A stretch of DNA of 23,325 nucleotides from a virus (lineage: Duplodnaviria > Heunggongvirae > Uroviricota > Caudoviricetes): the IMG/VR virus record IMGVR_UViG_2585427734_000005; one strand, written 5' to 3'. The notes beneath the pieces are model-generated. The model was given only the letters and a program-made list of their open reading frames with translations, ran no database searches and was not told the origin of the DNA. Shown here in pieces: positions 8,591-17,135 of the stretch. Numbering within the stretch: the stretch's first letter is position 1; each line of letters begins with the position of its first letter. A program made the translations under genes and the position numbers.

Positions 8591-9661
8591 ATGGCTAACG
8601 CCTGGCTCAGATTATGGCATGACATGCCAAATGACCCTAAGTGGCGAACAATTGCCAGGGTGTCAGGACAGCCAATTGCAACAGTGATGGCAGTGTATAT
8701 CCACCTCCTGGTGAGCGCGTCACGAAATGTCACGCGAGGTCACATTGATGTCACGACAGAAGATTTGGCAAGTGCGCTCGACGTGACAGAAGAGGTAATT
8801 GATTCAATTTTGCAGACGATGCAGGGGCGGGGACTTGATGGTGATTTAATCACTGGATGGGAAAAACGCCAGGTGCTTAAAGAGGACAACGGCAATATTT
8901 CGCAAACCGCAAAATCTCCTGCAGAGCGCAAGAGGGCGCAGCGAGAGAGGGAAAGAAAGCGGGAACAAAATGGCGATTGTCACGGCGCGTCACGAAATGT
9001 CACGCACATGTCACGACGAGTCACGACAGATAAAGATACAGATAAAGATACAGATCAAGAAGATCAAAACACTATGGTCCATGGCGTAAAAAACGCCACG
9101 AACCAGGCAGGGGATGTTCAGACCGTCAATCTTGGTCAGCCAGCAGGCACGACACCGGAAGCCGATTCAGCGTATGCGCTGAAAGCCGATTCGGGCGCTG
9201 TGCAGCAGGTGATGACCGCAAGGGCGGAGCAATCACACCAACTGCAGCAGCCTGAAGCCGATTCCGCCATTCAGCGGGAAGCCGATCGGGTAGTCCCGGA
9301 AAACACCGGGCAGTCTGTGGGACGAGTGGATTATCCGGATGTGTTCGAACAGGTCTGGCGGGAGTACCCGTTGCGTGCTGGGGCAAACCCGAAGAAATCC
9401 GCTTTCAGTGCCTGGAAGGCCAGATTACGCGAGGGGGTGCCACCAGAGGCCATGCTGGATGGCGTGAGGCGTTACGCAAGATACTTGGCGGCTACCGGGA
9501 AAACGGGAACGGAATTTGTTCAGCGAGCGACGACGTTTTTTGGACCGGACCGGAATTTTGAGAACCCCTGGTTGCTCCCGGTAAGCGGCACGAACAACCA
9601 GCGTTGTGTGAATCATATTTCTGAACCGGATAACGAAATTCCGCCGGGCTTCAGGGGGTAA
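8591..9661 (+). CDS. Replisome organizer / replication initiator (lambda O-like, YdaU-like), 356 aa
   Basis: ATG at 8591 preceded by AAGAGGTGA. The N-terminus (MANAWLRLWHDMPNDPKWRTIARV) fits the phage replisome-organizer N-terminal pattern. The gene carries iteron arrays and an AT-rich tract that encode a low-complexity linker (SRNVT..., DKDTDKDTDQEDQ). Confidence 0.65.
   Translation: MANAWLRLWHDMPNDPKWRTIARVSGQPIATVMAVYIHLLVSASRNVTRGHIDVTTEDLASALDVTEEVIDSILQTMQGRGLDGDLITGWEKRQVLKEDNGNISQTAKSPAERKRAQRERERKREQNGDCHGASRNVTHMSRRVTTDKDTDKDTDQEDQNTMVHGVKNATNQAGDVQTVNLGQPAGTTPEADSAYALKADSGAVQQVMTARAEQSHQLQQPEADSAIQREADRVVPENTGQSVGRVDYPDVFEQVWREYPLRAGANPKKSAFSAWKARLREGVPPEAMLDGVRRYARYLAATGKTGTEFVQRATTFFGPDRNFENPWLLPVSGTNNQRCVNHISEPDNEIPPGFRG
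8719..8755. repeat. Iteron array 1: four GTCACR repeats at about 10-bp spacing
   Basis: GTCACG at 8719, 8729 and 8750 and GTCACA at 8739, inside the replisome-organizer ORF. Confidence 0.6.
8979..9072. repeat. Iteron array 2 (five GTCACG repeats at about 10-bp spacing) plus adjacent AT-rich tract: putative replication origin
   Basis: GTCACG at 8979, 8989, 8999, 9010 and 9020, followed by GATAAAGATACA x2 and an A/T-rich tract (9031-9072). This mirrors the iteron plus AT-rich layout of ori-lambda inside O. Confidence 0.55.
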
Positions 9662-9701
9662 GTGTTAATTTCTGGTCATGAGGTAATTTTCAGGAGGGCT
9701 T

Positions 9702-10124
9702 GTGGCAAAAGTTTTTACACAAGAAGAGCGGGAAAAAATTAAAGGGCAGGTTCTTGAACTCGTACGCCAGAGTGGGCGCGAGACGTTACGACAACTGGAA
9801 GCTAAAACTGGGGCAACAAGATATCTGATGAGCGTTCTGGCCAGAGAGCTGGTTGCCAGTGGCGATGTATACAATTCTGGCTACGGGTTATTCCCGTCTG
9901 AACAGGCTCGTAAAGACTGGCAAAATGCCCGCAAAAAATTATCGAGGGCAAAGCTGAAGAAACCGGTTGTGGTTGATCCGGACCTTATCTGGTCATTACC
10001 TGACGGAGAAATACGTCGCTACGACAGTCGCCTAAACATAATCTGTCGCGAGTGCCGGAAGAGCGAAGTTATGCAGCGCATATTGTCGTTTTATCAGGGG
10101 GATGTTCGGTATTTATTGAAGTGA
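9702..10124 (+). CDS. Hypothetical phage protein, 140 aa (possible DNA-binding protein)
   Basis: ORF starting at GTG 9702, 4 nt after AGGAGG (9692-9697). Basic and Cys-containing (CRECRK) C-terminal region. No homolog recognised from memory. Confidence 0.45.
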   Translation: MAKVFTQEEREKIKGQVLELVRQSGRETLRQLEAKTGATRYLMSVLARELVASGDVYNSGYGLFPSEQARKDWQNARKKLSRAKLKKPVVVDPDLIWSLPDGEIRRYDSRLNIICRECRKSEVMQRILSFYQGDVRYLLK

Positions 10125-10192
10125 CGAGATTAAAGTGCATTAGTTCAGATGCAAATTGACATTTTGTGGCACAGGGTAGAGCTAGCGTGGTT

Positions 10193-10218
10193 GTCCGCTT
10201 TGTGCCAAGAGCAGACGC
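10193..10218. repeat. Hairpin repeat copy A (GTCCGCT-N10-AGCAGAC)
   Basis: 7-bp stem with one mismatch and a 10-nt loop TTGTGCCAAG, in the intergenic region upstream of the BCCT transporter gene. One of three related copies. Confidence 0.5.
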
Positions 10219-10458
10219 TGGTAATTCGTGCCTAATATACTTCACTTAACTTATATCCCAGCTTTGATACAGATCATACAAATTAAATGCCCCAGTAATT
10301 GGCAGGCTGAGTAACTTAAAACTCCTTAGAATATAGGATGATTTGTATCGGCACTCATTCCACCATGCATTCCGATTAACCCCGCATAGCCAGTTGAACT
10401 TTGCTACTCTGTGAGAGGTAGTACCTTCTATCCAGTGCGGATTTAATTAATGGAATAA

Positions 10459-12462
10459 ATGATTATGAGTGAAAATGATACAACCCCAAAGAAGTCTACA
10501 AGCCAGATTAACAAAGCGGTATTCTTTACATCTGCTTTGCTAATTTTCCTTCTTGTCGCCTTTGCCGCCGTATTCCCGGATGTCGCCGACAAAAATTTTA
10601 AACTACTTCAGCAACAAATCTTCACGAATGCCAGCTGGTTCTACATACTTGCTGTGGCCCTGATTTTACTGAGCGTCACGTTCCTTGGACTCTCACGTTA
10701 CGGTGATATAAAGCTGGGCCCAGACCATGCGCAGCCTGATTTCAGCTACCACTCCTGGTTCGCGATGCTTTTTTCGGCAGGGATGGGGATCGGCCTGATG
10801 TTCTTTGGCGTTGCCGAACCTGTGATGCATTATCTTTCGCCACCTGTCGGCACTCCAGAGACCGTTGCGGCAGCGAAGGAAGCCATGCGCCTGACGTTCT
10901 TCCACTGGGGTCTGCACGCATGGGCAATTTATGCCATCGTGGCGCTGATTCTGGCCTTTTTCAGTTACCGTCACGGTCTGCCTTTAACGCTGCGTTCTGC
11001 GCTCTATCCCATTATCGGCGATCGCATTTACGGGCCTATAGGCCACGCGGTTGATATCTTCGCCGTGATAGGCACTGTCTTTGGCGTTGCAACATCGCTG
11101 GGTTACGGTGTATTGCAGGTGAATGCCGGTTTGAACCATCTTTTCGGCGTGCCCATCAATGAAACGGTACAGGTCATTTTGATCGTGGTCATCACGGGGT
11201 TAGCGACGATTTCGGTGGTGTCCGGCCTGGACAAGGGAATACGCATCCTGTCTGAGCTTAATCTGGGCCTGGCGGTGTTGCTCCTGGCGCTGGTCTTGTG
11301 CCTGGGTCCCACTGTGCTTCTGCTGAAGTCATTTGTGGAAAATACGGGTGGTTATTTGTCGGAACTGGTGAGTAAAACGTTCAACCTTTACGCGTATGAA
11401 CCCAAGTCGAGCAACTGGCTGGGGGGCTGGACATTATTATACTGGGGATGGTGGCTTTCATGGTCGCCGTTTGTAGGTATGTTCATTGCACGCGTTTCCC
11501 GCGGCAGGACAATTCGTGAGTTCGTGACTGGCGTGTTGTTTGTTCCCGCCGGCTTTACGCTCATGTGGATGACGGTGTTTGGAAACAGCGCCATCTATCT
11601 CATCATGAACCAGGGCGCCACTGACCTCGCCAATACCGTTCAGCAGGATGTTGCGCTTGCCCTGTTTAATTTCCTGGAGCATTTCCCGTTCTCTTCCGTG
11701 CTGTCATTCATTGCAATGGCGATGGTCATCGTCTTCTTTGTAACGTCTGCTGATTCGGGGGCAATGGTTGTGGATACTCTGGCATCAGGTGGGGTGGCAA
11801 ACACGCCCGTCTGGCAGCGAATTTTCTGGGCATCGCTCATGGGCGTTGTTGCTATTGCCCTGCTGATCGCAGGGGGGCTGAGTGCGTTGCAAACCGTAAC
11901 GATAGCGAGTGCATTGCCCTTCTCAGTTATCTTATTAATATCCATATACGGACTGTTAAAAGCCCTGCGTCGGGATTTGACCAAGCGTGAAAGCCTTAGC
12001 ATGGCGACTATTGCTCCTACGGCTGCACGTAACCCAATTCCCTGGCAGAGAAGGTTACGCAATATCGCGTATTTGCCGAAGCGCTCTCTTGTGAAACGTT
12101 TTATGGACGACATTATCCACCCCGCCATGACGCTGGTTCAGGAGGAACTTAACAAGCAGGGAACGATAAGCCACATCAGTGACGCCGCCGAGGATCGTAT
12201 TCGCCTTGAAGTCGATTTGGGCAACGAGCTGAATTATATATATGAAGTGAGGCTTCGCGGGTATAACTCACCGACCTTCGCGCTCGCTGCGCTGGATAAT
12301 GATGAGCAGCAGAGTGAACAACATCGATATTATCGCGCTGAAGTCTATCTCAAAGAGGGCGGCCAAAATTATGATGTAATGGGCTGGAATCAGGAACAGC
12401 TGATTAATGACATACTGGACCAGTACGAAAAACACCTGCACTTCCTGCATCTGGTTCGTTAA
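10459..12462 (+). CDS. betU: BCCT-family osmolyte transporter (BetT/BetU-like), 667 aa
   Basis: Strong similarity throughout to E. coli BetT as recalled (for example WxxWWxxWSPFVGMFIARVSRGRTIREF, SADSG, ...DILDQYEKHLHFLHL). The 667-aa length and position in a Rac-like prophage suggest the BetU variant; the gene symbol is less certain than the family call. Confidence 0.85.
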   Translation: MIMSENDTTPKKSTSQINKAVFFTSALLIFLLVAFAAVFPDVADKNFKLLQQQIFTNASWFYILAVALILLSVTFLGLSRYGDIKLGPDHAQPDFSYHSWFAMLFSAGMGIGLMFFGVAEPVMHYLSPPVGTPETVAAAKEAMRLTFFHWGLHAWAIYAIVALILAFFSYRHGLPLTLRSALYPIIGDRIYGPIGHAVDIFAVIGTVFGVATSLGYGVLQVNAGLNHLFGVPINETVQVILIVVITGLATISVVSGLDKGIRILSELNLGLAVLLLALVLCLGPTVLLLKSFVENTGGYLSELVSKTFNLYAYEPKSSNWLGGWTLLYWGWWLSWSPFVGMFIARVSRGRTIREFVTGVLFVPAGFTLMWMTVFGNSAIYLIMNQGATDLANTVQQDVALALFNFLEHFPFSSVLSFIAMAMVIVFFVTSADSGAMVVDTLASGGVANTPVWQRIFWASLMGVVAIALLIAGGLSALQTVTIASALPFSVILLISIYGLLKALRRDLTKRESLSMATIAPTAARNPIPWQRRLRNIAYLPKRSLVKRFMDDIIHPAMTLVQEELNKQGTISHISDAAEDRIRLEVDLGNELNYIYEVRLRGYNSPTFALAALDNDEQQSEQHRYYRAEVYLKEGGQNYDVMGWNQEQLINDILDQYEKHLHFLHLVR

Positions 12463-12469
12463 CAGCAAC

Positions 12470-12498
12470 ATGCCGCCACAGAGGCGGCATTTATTTAT
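12470..12498 (+). terminator. Rho-independent terminator downstream of the BCCT transporter gene
   Basis: Perfect 8-bp stem ATGCCGCC/GGCGGCAT with loop ACAGA, followed by TTATTTAT, 8 nt after the stop codon. Confidence 0.6.
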
Positions 12499-12525
12499 CC
12501 CGGCTGCAATATGAGGGAATGCAGA

Positions 12526-13803
12526 ATGATTTCACGCTGGAAATGGATGCTGAAGCAGACATTTAAAAAACTATGGTTCAGGGCAACGTTATTCGCAATT
12601 GTCGCAATAATAACGGCCCTTTTATCAATTCTTTTTAAATCAATGATACCTGAGTCGGTTTCCGTGAAGGTTGGTGCGGAAGCAGTCGATAACATTCTGA
12701 ACATACTGGCATCGAGTATGCTGGCAGTGACCACATTTTCGCTGAGCATCATGGTCACAGCCTACGGTTCAGCCACTACTAATGTGACTCCCAGAGCTAC
12801 TCGTTTAGTTGTTGAAGACGTCACCACACAAAATGTACTGGCCACCTTCATCGGTTCTTTTCTCTTCAGTCTGGTAGGGATTATTGCTCTCAATATGGGA
12901 GCTTATGGAGAAAGGGGGAGAGTCATTTTATTCATTGTAACACTGGTTGTCATTGCCTTAATCCTCATCACATTGCTTCGCTGGATACAGCATTTGACCT
13001 CTCTGGGGAGGGTTGGTGAGACAACGGCAAAAGTAGAACAGGCGGCCATCGAAACATTTATTGCGAGAGCAAGAAATCCCTGTCTCGGCGGATATCCATG
13101 GCTTGAGAACAATGAACAGCCGAAAGGAACGGTTGCAGTTTATCCGAAAAAGATTGGCTATGTTGAATATGTTGATATGGTGAAACTCAGCAAGCTGCTG
13201 ACCAATGATCCCCGTCATGTATACCTCGTGGCGCAGCCGGGCAGTTTCATACATCCGTCCACGCCAGTTTTGTACCTGAGTCAGGGCCAGGAGTCATCAA
13301 TCAGCACCGATTTACTTGAGACGATTATTGTCTCGGATGTACGTTCATTTGCTCAGGACCCCCGATTTTGTCTTAGCGTCATGGCCGAAATAGCCTGCCG
13401 AGCCCTTTCCCCCGCAGTGAACGATCCTGGAACCGCCATTGATGTCATTGGCAGAGGTGTACGTATACTTTCCGCTTACGCGCAGAATAAATCTGATGAA
13501 ATAGAAGTGAAATATCCTTCTGTACATGTTGCACCACTTCAGAATAACGATCTACTTGAAGACTTTTTCTCACCTGTTGCGCGCGATGGTGCCAGTATGA
13601 GGGAAATTCAGATAAGGGTACTTAAAGGACTGTCGATGCTGAGTAAGGGTTGGCCTGGAATTTTTGCTGAAGCCGCACAAACCCTAGCATTTGAAACATT
13701 AGAGCATGCTACTCGTGCTGACCATATAGATTCTGACAGATATCTAATAAAATCAATTTATTATAATTTATTTAGTGGCGAAGATTCTAATAAAAAACCA
13801 TAG
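12526..13803 (+). CDS. Hypothetical membrane protein, 425 aa (N-terminal transmembrane segments plus large soluble domain; possibly DUF2254-like)
   Basis: ATG at 12526 preceded by GAGGGAA at a 6-nt spacing (an alternative ATG at 12511 has no SD). Hydrophobic N-terminal half and a long C-terminal domain. The family assignment is a tentative recollection. Confidence 0.6.
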   Translation: MISRWKWMLKQTFKKLWFRATLFAIVAIITALLSILFKSMIPESVSVKVGAEAVDNILNILASSMLAVTTFSLSIMVTAYGSATTNVTPRATRLVVEDVTTQNVLATFIGSFLFSLVGIIALNMGAYGERGRVILFIVTLVVIALILITLLRWIQHLTSLGRVGETTAKVEQAAIETFIARARNPCLGGYPWLENNEQPKGTVAVYPKKIGYVEYVDMVKLSKLLTNDPRHVYLVAQPGSFIHPSTPVLYLSQGQESSISTDLLETIIVSDVRSFAQDPRFCLSVMAEIACRALSPAVNDPGTAIDVIGRGVRILSAYAQNKSDEIEVKYPSVHVAPLQNNDLLEDFFSPVARDGASMREIQIRVLKGLSMLSKGWPGIFAEAAQTLAFETLEHATRADHIDSDRYLIKSIYYNLFSGEDSNKKP

Positions 13804-13863
13804 TTGCGGAGCAAGCGATACGGTTGTTGGCAAGTCAAGGGCAAAGCATTCGCGTGAGAGTGG

Positions 13864-13889
13864 GCGTCTGCTTTGTGCCAGAAGCGGAC
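13864..13889. repeat. Hairpin repeat copy B (GCGTCTGCT-N10-AGCGGAC)
   Basis: 7-bp stem with one G-U-compatible mismatch and loop TTGTGCCAGA (nearly identical to the copy A loop), between the convergent membrane-protein and LysR genes. Confidence 0.5.
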
Positions 13890-13933
13890 ATACGTAACTT
13901 ATGATACGCATCGCCAATCATCCGTTTCAAACA

Positions 13934-14815
13934 TCAACGCGGAAACGTTTTAAGAATGTAATCCCGAACATAGGCGGTTCGGCTGTTATTAGCCGTCCTT
14001 TTGTTCCAGACCAGATAAAGATGATTAGTCGGAGCGAGGTCTGCAGGTGTCACTGAAATCAGGCGACCACTTTTCAGGTCATTGTCACAGTGATAATCCG
14101 GCAGCACTGTCCACCCGTGGCCGTCACAGACCAAGTCGCGGATAATACGTAAATCCGGAATGGTGAATGTAGCCTGCATCTCAGGGGCTCTCTGAAACAT
14201 GGAGGCCCAGAGCGCTCTAATCAGTGGCAACTCTTCGTCATAAGCAATCAGCGGTAATGAGGCAAGCGTTTCAGCACCAGGTTCTGATCCGATGATCTCT
14301 GACATGGCGGGAGCATGAACAAGGAGCATGCGTTCAGTCAGTAGATGTGCATAGCCGTACAGACGGTCATCAGGCATAGATGTGGTAACAGCGAGATCGG
14401 CGCTCCCGTCATGCAAAAGGGAATAAATACGTTGCTTATTGCCGGTATGAAAGCGTAGGCGATACCCCTCCTTCATTAGTGGAGCCATTACTGTCCCAAG
14501 CCGGGAATGAATAAAATCTGGCGGTCCTGCCAGATTAATTGTTCCCCCGCGTACAGAGCCTGACCGGAAAGAGGACAGCTTTTCTTCCAGACCATCAATG
14601 AAGGGTGAAACTGAGCGGGCAAGCTCATCCGCAGCTTCGGTTGCCGTCACGCCTCTGGCCTGCCTGATAAACAGACGCTTACCAACCAGAGTCTCAAGAG
14701 ACTGGATATGCTGTGACGCCGCGGGCTGAGTGATGCCCAGTAGTTCTGCCGCCTTTGAAAAGGAGCCAGAGCGATAGGCCTCAAGAAACGTTCGCAGATG
14801 GCTCAGATGGCTCAT
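13934..14815 (-). CDS. LysR-family transcriptional regulator, 293 aa
   Basis: N-terminal HTH typical of LysR-type regulators (MSHLSHLRTFLEAYRSGSFSKAAELLGITQPAASQHIQSLE) with a C-terminal substrate-binding-like domain. The ATG overlaps the upstream gene's stop (ATGA). Confidence 0.9.
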   Translation of the reverse strand: MSHLSHLRTFLEAYRSGSFSKAAELLGITQPAASQHIQSLETLVGKRLFIRQARGVTATEAADELARSVSPFIDGLEEKLSSFRSGSVRGGTINLAGPPDFIHSRLGTVMAPLMKEGYRLRFHTGNKQRIYSLLHDGSADLAVTTSMPDDRLYGYAHLLTERMLLVHAPAMSEIIGSEPGAETLASLPLIAYDEELPLIRALWASMFQRAPEMQATFTIPDLRIIRDLVCDGHGWTVLPDYHCDNDLKSGRLISVTPADLAPTNHLYLVWNKRTANNSRTAYVRDYILKTFPR

Positions 14816-15504
14816 AGTGAAGCGCCTCGCTGATGAAGTTTATCGTTACAGGGAGCCTCATGCAGAGCAAGGGCCAGTTCACTCACGTAATCATCCCGTA
14901 TTCCCAACGCACCCAGAGTGGCCTGCAGTTTCCATACATAATCTGCATTCGTGCCAATGTCTCCACGGGCAGATGCGATGCTCAACGCTACGGTCGCTGT
15001 AAGATTGTCCTGTTCATAATGCGGATGCAGTCTGTCTGATACGAAAGCCAGCGCCTGAATTTCCTCACCGTTTCCTAGCGAAACGTCTGCCCAGACCGGA
15101 CGGTAAAGACCGGTTATCATCTCGCGCGTCCAGACAATTTCCAGCTCATTAATAAGAGTCGATTCCGGCAGTCTGAACGCAATACCTTCGGTAATTCCAC
15201 CTTCGTCGAGCGATAACATCCTGCCGGGGACATCAGGAGTCGCTCGTCCGGATATCAAACGAATGCAGAAACTGCGCTGCCATCCTTTCAGACGGGCCCG
15301 TTGCATTTCTTCAATCGCCAGCACGGGATTCCACATCAATGACCCGTAGGCAAATATCCAGACAGGAGCACCCGTCGGGCGCTCCTCCAGAGTAGAGTTC
15401 ATTGATGCGCGTATTTTTTCAGCGTCCCAGAGCATATTCGCCGGGAGCAGCGCTTCATGCACCCTGACAAATGTGCCATTAAGCATATTTTCACGGGTAA
15501 GCAT
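14812..15504 (-). CDS. ChaC-like gamma-glutamylcyclotransferase family protein, 230 aa
   Basis: Contains the ChaC/GGCT hallmark VWIFAYGSLMWNP and overall similarity to E. coli ChaC as recalled. GGGAGGT SD upstream of the ATG at 15502-15504. Confidence 0.85.
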   Translation of the reverse strand: MLTRENMLNGTFVRVHEALLPANMLWDAEKIRASMNSTLEERPTGAPVWIFAYGSLMWNPVLAIEEMQRARLKGWQRSFCIRLISGRATPDVPGRMLSLDEGGITEGIAFRLPESTLINELEIVWTREMITGLYRPVWADVSLGNGEEIQALAFVSDRLHPHYEQDNLTATVALSIASARGDIGTNADYVWKLQATLGALGIRDDYVSELALALHEAPCNDKLHQRGASL

Positions 15505-15515
15505 ATAACCTCCCT

Positions 15516-16716
15516 TTACTGGCCTACGATTTTAACCTGTTGAAATTTACGACTGTGGCTGCGACGGATTTGTGCAAGCAGCAACAGCAGGCCGAGCAGA
15601 GAAACAATCGCACCGCTGATACCGGTATACACGATACCGGCGTGGCTTATAGTAATGCTGCCCAGTACTGATCCCAGCGCTATACCTGAGTTGAAGCCCG
15701 CAATATTCAGGCCGGCAGCAACACCATGCGCATGAGGAGCATGTTGCTCAGCGACACCAATCAGACGGGCCTGCAGTGCCGGCACTGCGGCAAATGTCAC
15801 CATACCCAGCAGCGCAACCACAATGCCCATGCTCACCGGTGAGGATGACAGCAGCCACATACCAAGCACGACAACAACAATGCCGCTAATGATGAGTATA
15901 TTGGCACGATTAACCCCCATGCTGTCGGTAAGTTTCCCACCAAGAATATTACCTACCGCAGCTGTAATACCGTAAACCAGCATAAACAGACTCACCGTTG
16001 CTCCGGTAACCCCTGTCACCTGCGTCAGAATAGGTGCGATAAAGGTGTAAGCCGTAAACGAGCCTGCATACGCCAGCACCGTAACCAGCGCGCCGGCCAG
16101 CAACTTACGGTTAAACAGCATGCCGATATTCTGCATTGCTGAGTCACTATGTTCACCGGGCACGCTGCGTACGGGATCTTTCATACCGAACAACAGTCCA
16201 AGGAATCCGAACGCGCCAAAAGCGGCAATAGCGCCGAGAACTGGACGCCATGAGACCCCCCCCCCCCAACCATGTACTCAGCGGTACGCCGATTGCCATC
16301 GCCAGAGTAAAGCCACCAAATACCACAGCCACCGCTCTGCCTGCTTTACCCGGTCCAGCAAGACGAGCTGCGGTACTGGATGCCGCAGCCAGAAACAGGC
16401 CGTGTCCCAGACCAGCAATGAACCGCGCTAACAGGAGCTGAGGTAATGTGGCTGCAAACGCGGCCGCCAGACTACCGGCAGTAAACACAACGGCAGTTGT
16501 AAGCATTACATTTTTCCGGCTCCAGCTTGCTGTCAGCGCAGACAGTACGGGTGCCGCGAACGTTGCCCCCAGTGCATAGGTTGTAACCGCTGCCCCGGTC
16601 TGCTCCACACCCACACACAACCCCTGAGCCATAACGTCTGTCAGCCCAATGGGGACAAATTCCGCGAGTCCGAGCGCAAAGGCACTGATAGTAAACACAT
16701 AAATAACAAATGGCAT
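15516..16716 (-). pseudogene. MFS transporter (DHA1/YdhP-AraJ-like), split into two ORFs by a frameshift at a C12/G12 homopolymer
   Basis: N-terminal ORF 16153-16716 (AGGAG SD, 12 nt after a TM-rich start MPFVIYVFTISAFALGLAEF...) and C-terminal ORF 15516-16193 are both MFS-like with multiple TM helices. The frames switch at the 12-C run at 16256-16267. Confidence 0.8.
16256..16267. repeat. Homopolymeric tract C12 (G12 on the coding strand) at the MFS frameshift site
   Basis: Twelve consecutive C residues counted directly in the sequence. Confidence 0.9.
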
Positions 16717-16932
16717 GACTGGCTCCTGATTTAAGTAAGGAGTGCAGTCTGATTTAGAAAAACAGATAAATAAAATAATGTAAACTTCAGGCGGGATAAA
16801 ATTATTTATATCTAAGGCAAAGATTCAATATTCCCACAGCACACAGAAGTTTTCTGTCTTCAGGGAGAGGAGCTTCGAAAGTTCAGACGAAAAATTCCTG
16901 CGGCCCCTTTAAGAGTCAGTTGGCCGGGTTTG

Positions 16933-16956
16933 GTCCGCTCCTCGCTCAAAGCGGAC
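16933..16956. repeat. Hairpin repeat copy C (GTCCGCT-N10-AGCGGAC)
   Basis: Perfect 7-bp inverted repeat with a 10-nt loop CCTCGCTCAA, in the intergenic region between the MFS start and the hok locus. Confidence 0.5.
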
Positions 16957-17135
16957 TAGAAGGTTAGCTTGCGTCGGACTTGGCGTATTTAAAGAAGTGC
17001 TGGTGGTGACTGGTTGTTGTGTTCCATTTCTACAGAACAAAATCACAGAAACTATACCCAATAGTTATATTGAATCAATGATGAGACAGCCTCATATTTA
17101 TCAGAACTGGTGTACGTCCAATACAGGAGGTTGTC

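Noticed and set aside
8719-9025. Repeat arrays considered as a possible CRISPR array
   Set aside because: Repeat units are only 6 bp of conserved core at about 10-bp spacing, lie inside a protein-coding gene, and have no spacer or repeat architecture or cas genes; they fit replication-origin iterons.
10693-12128. Minus-strand ORFs (61 to 162 aa) inside the BCCT transporter gene
   Set aside because: Antisense to a transporter gene that is strongly supported over its full length; Arg/Pro-rich products typical of GC-rich antisense frames.
16120-16441. Plus-strand ORFs (63 and 103 aa) overlapping the MFS gene
   Set aside because: Antisense to the MFS coding sequence, Pro/Arg-rich and without start signals.
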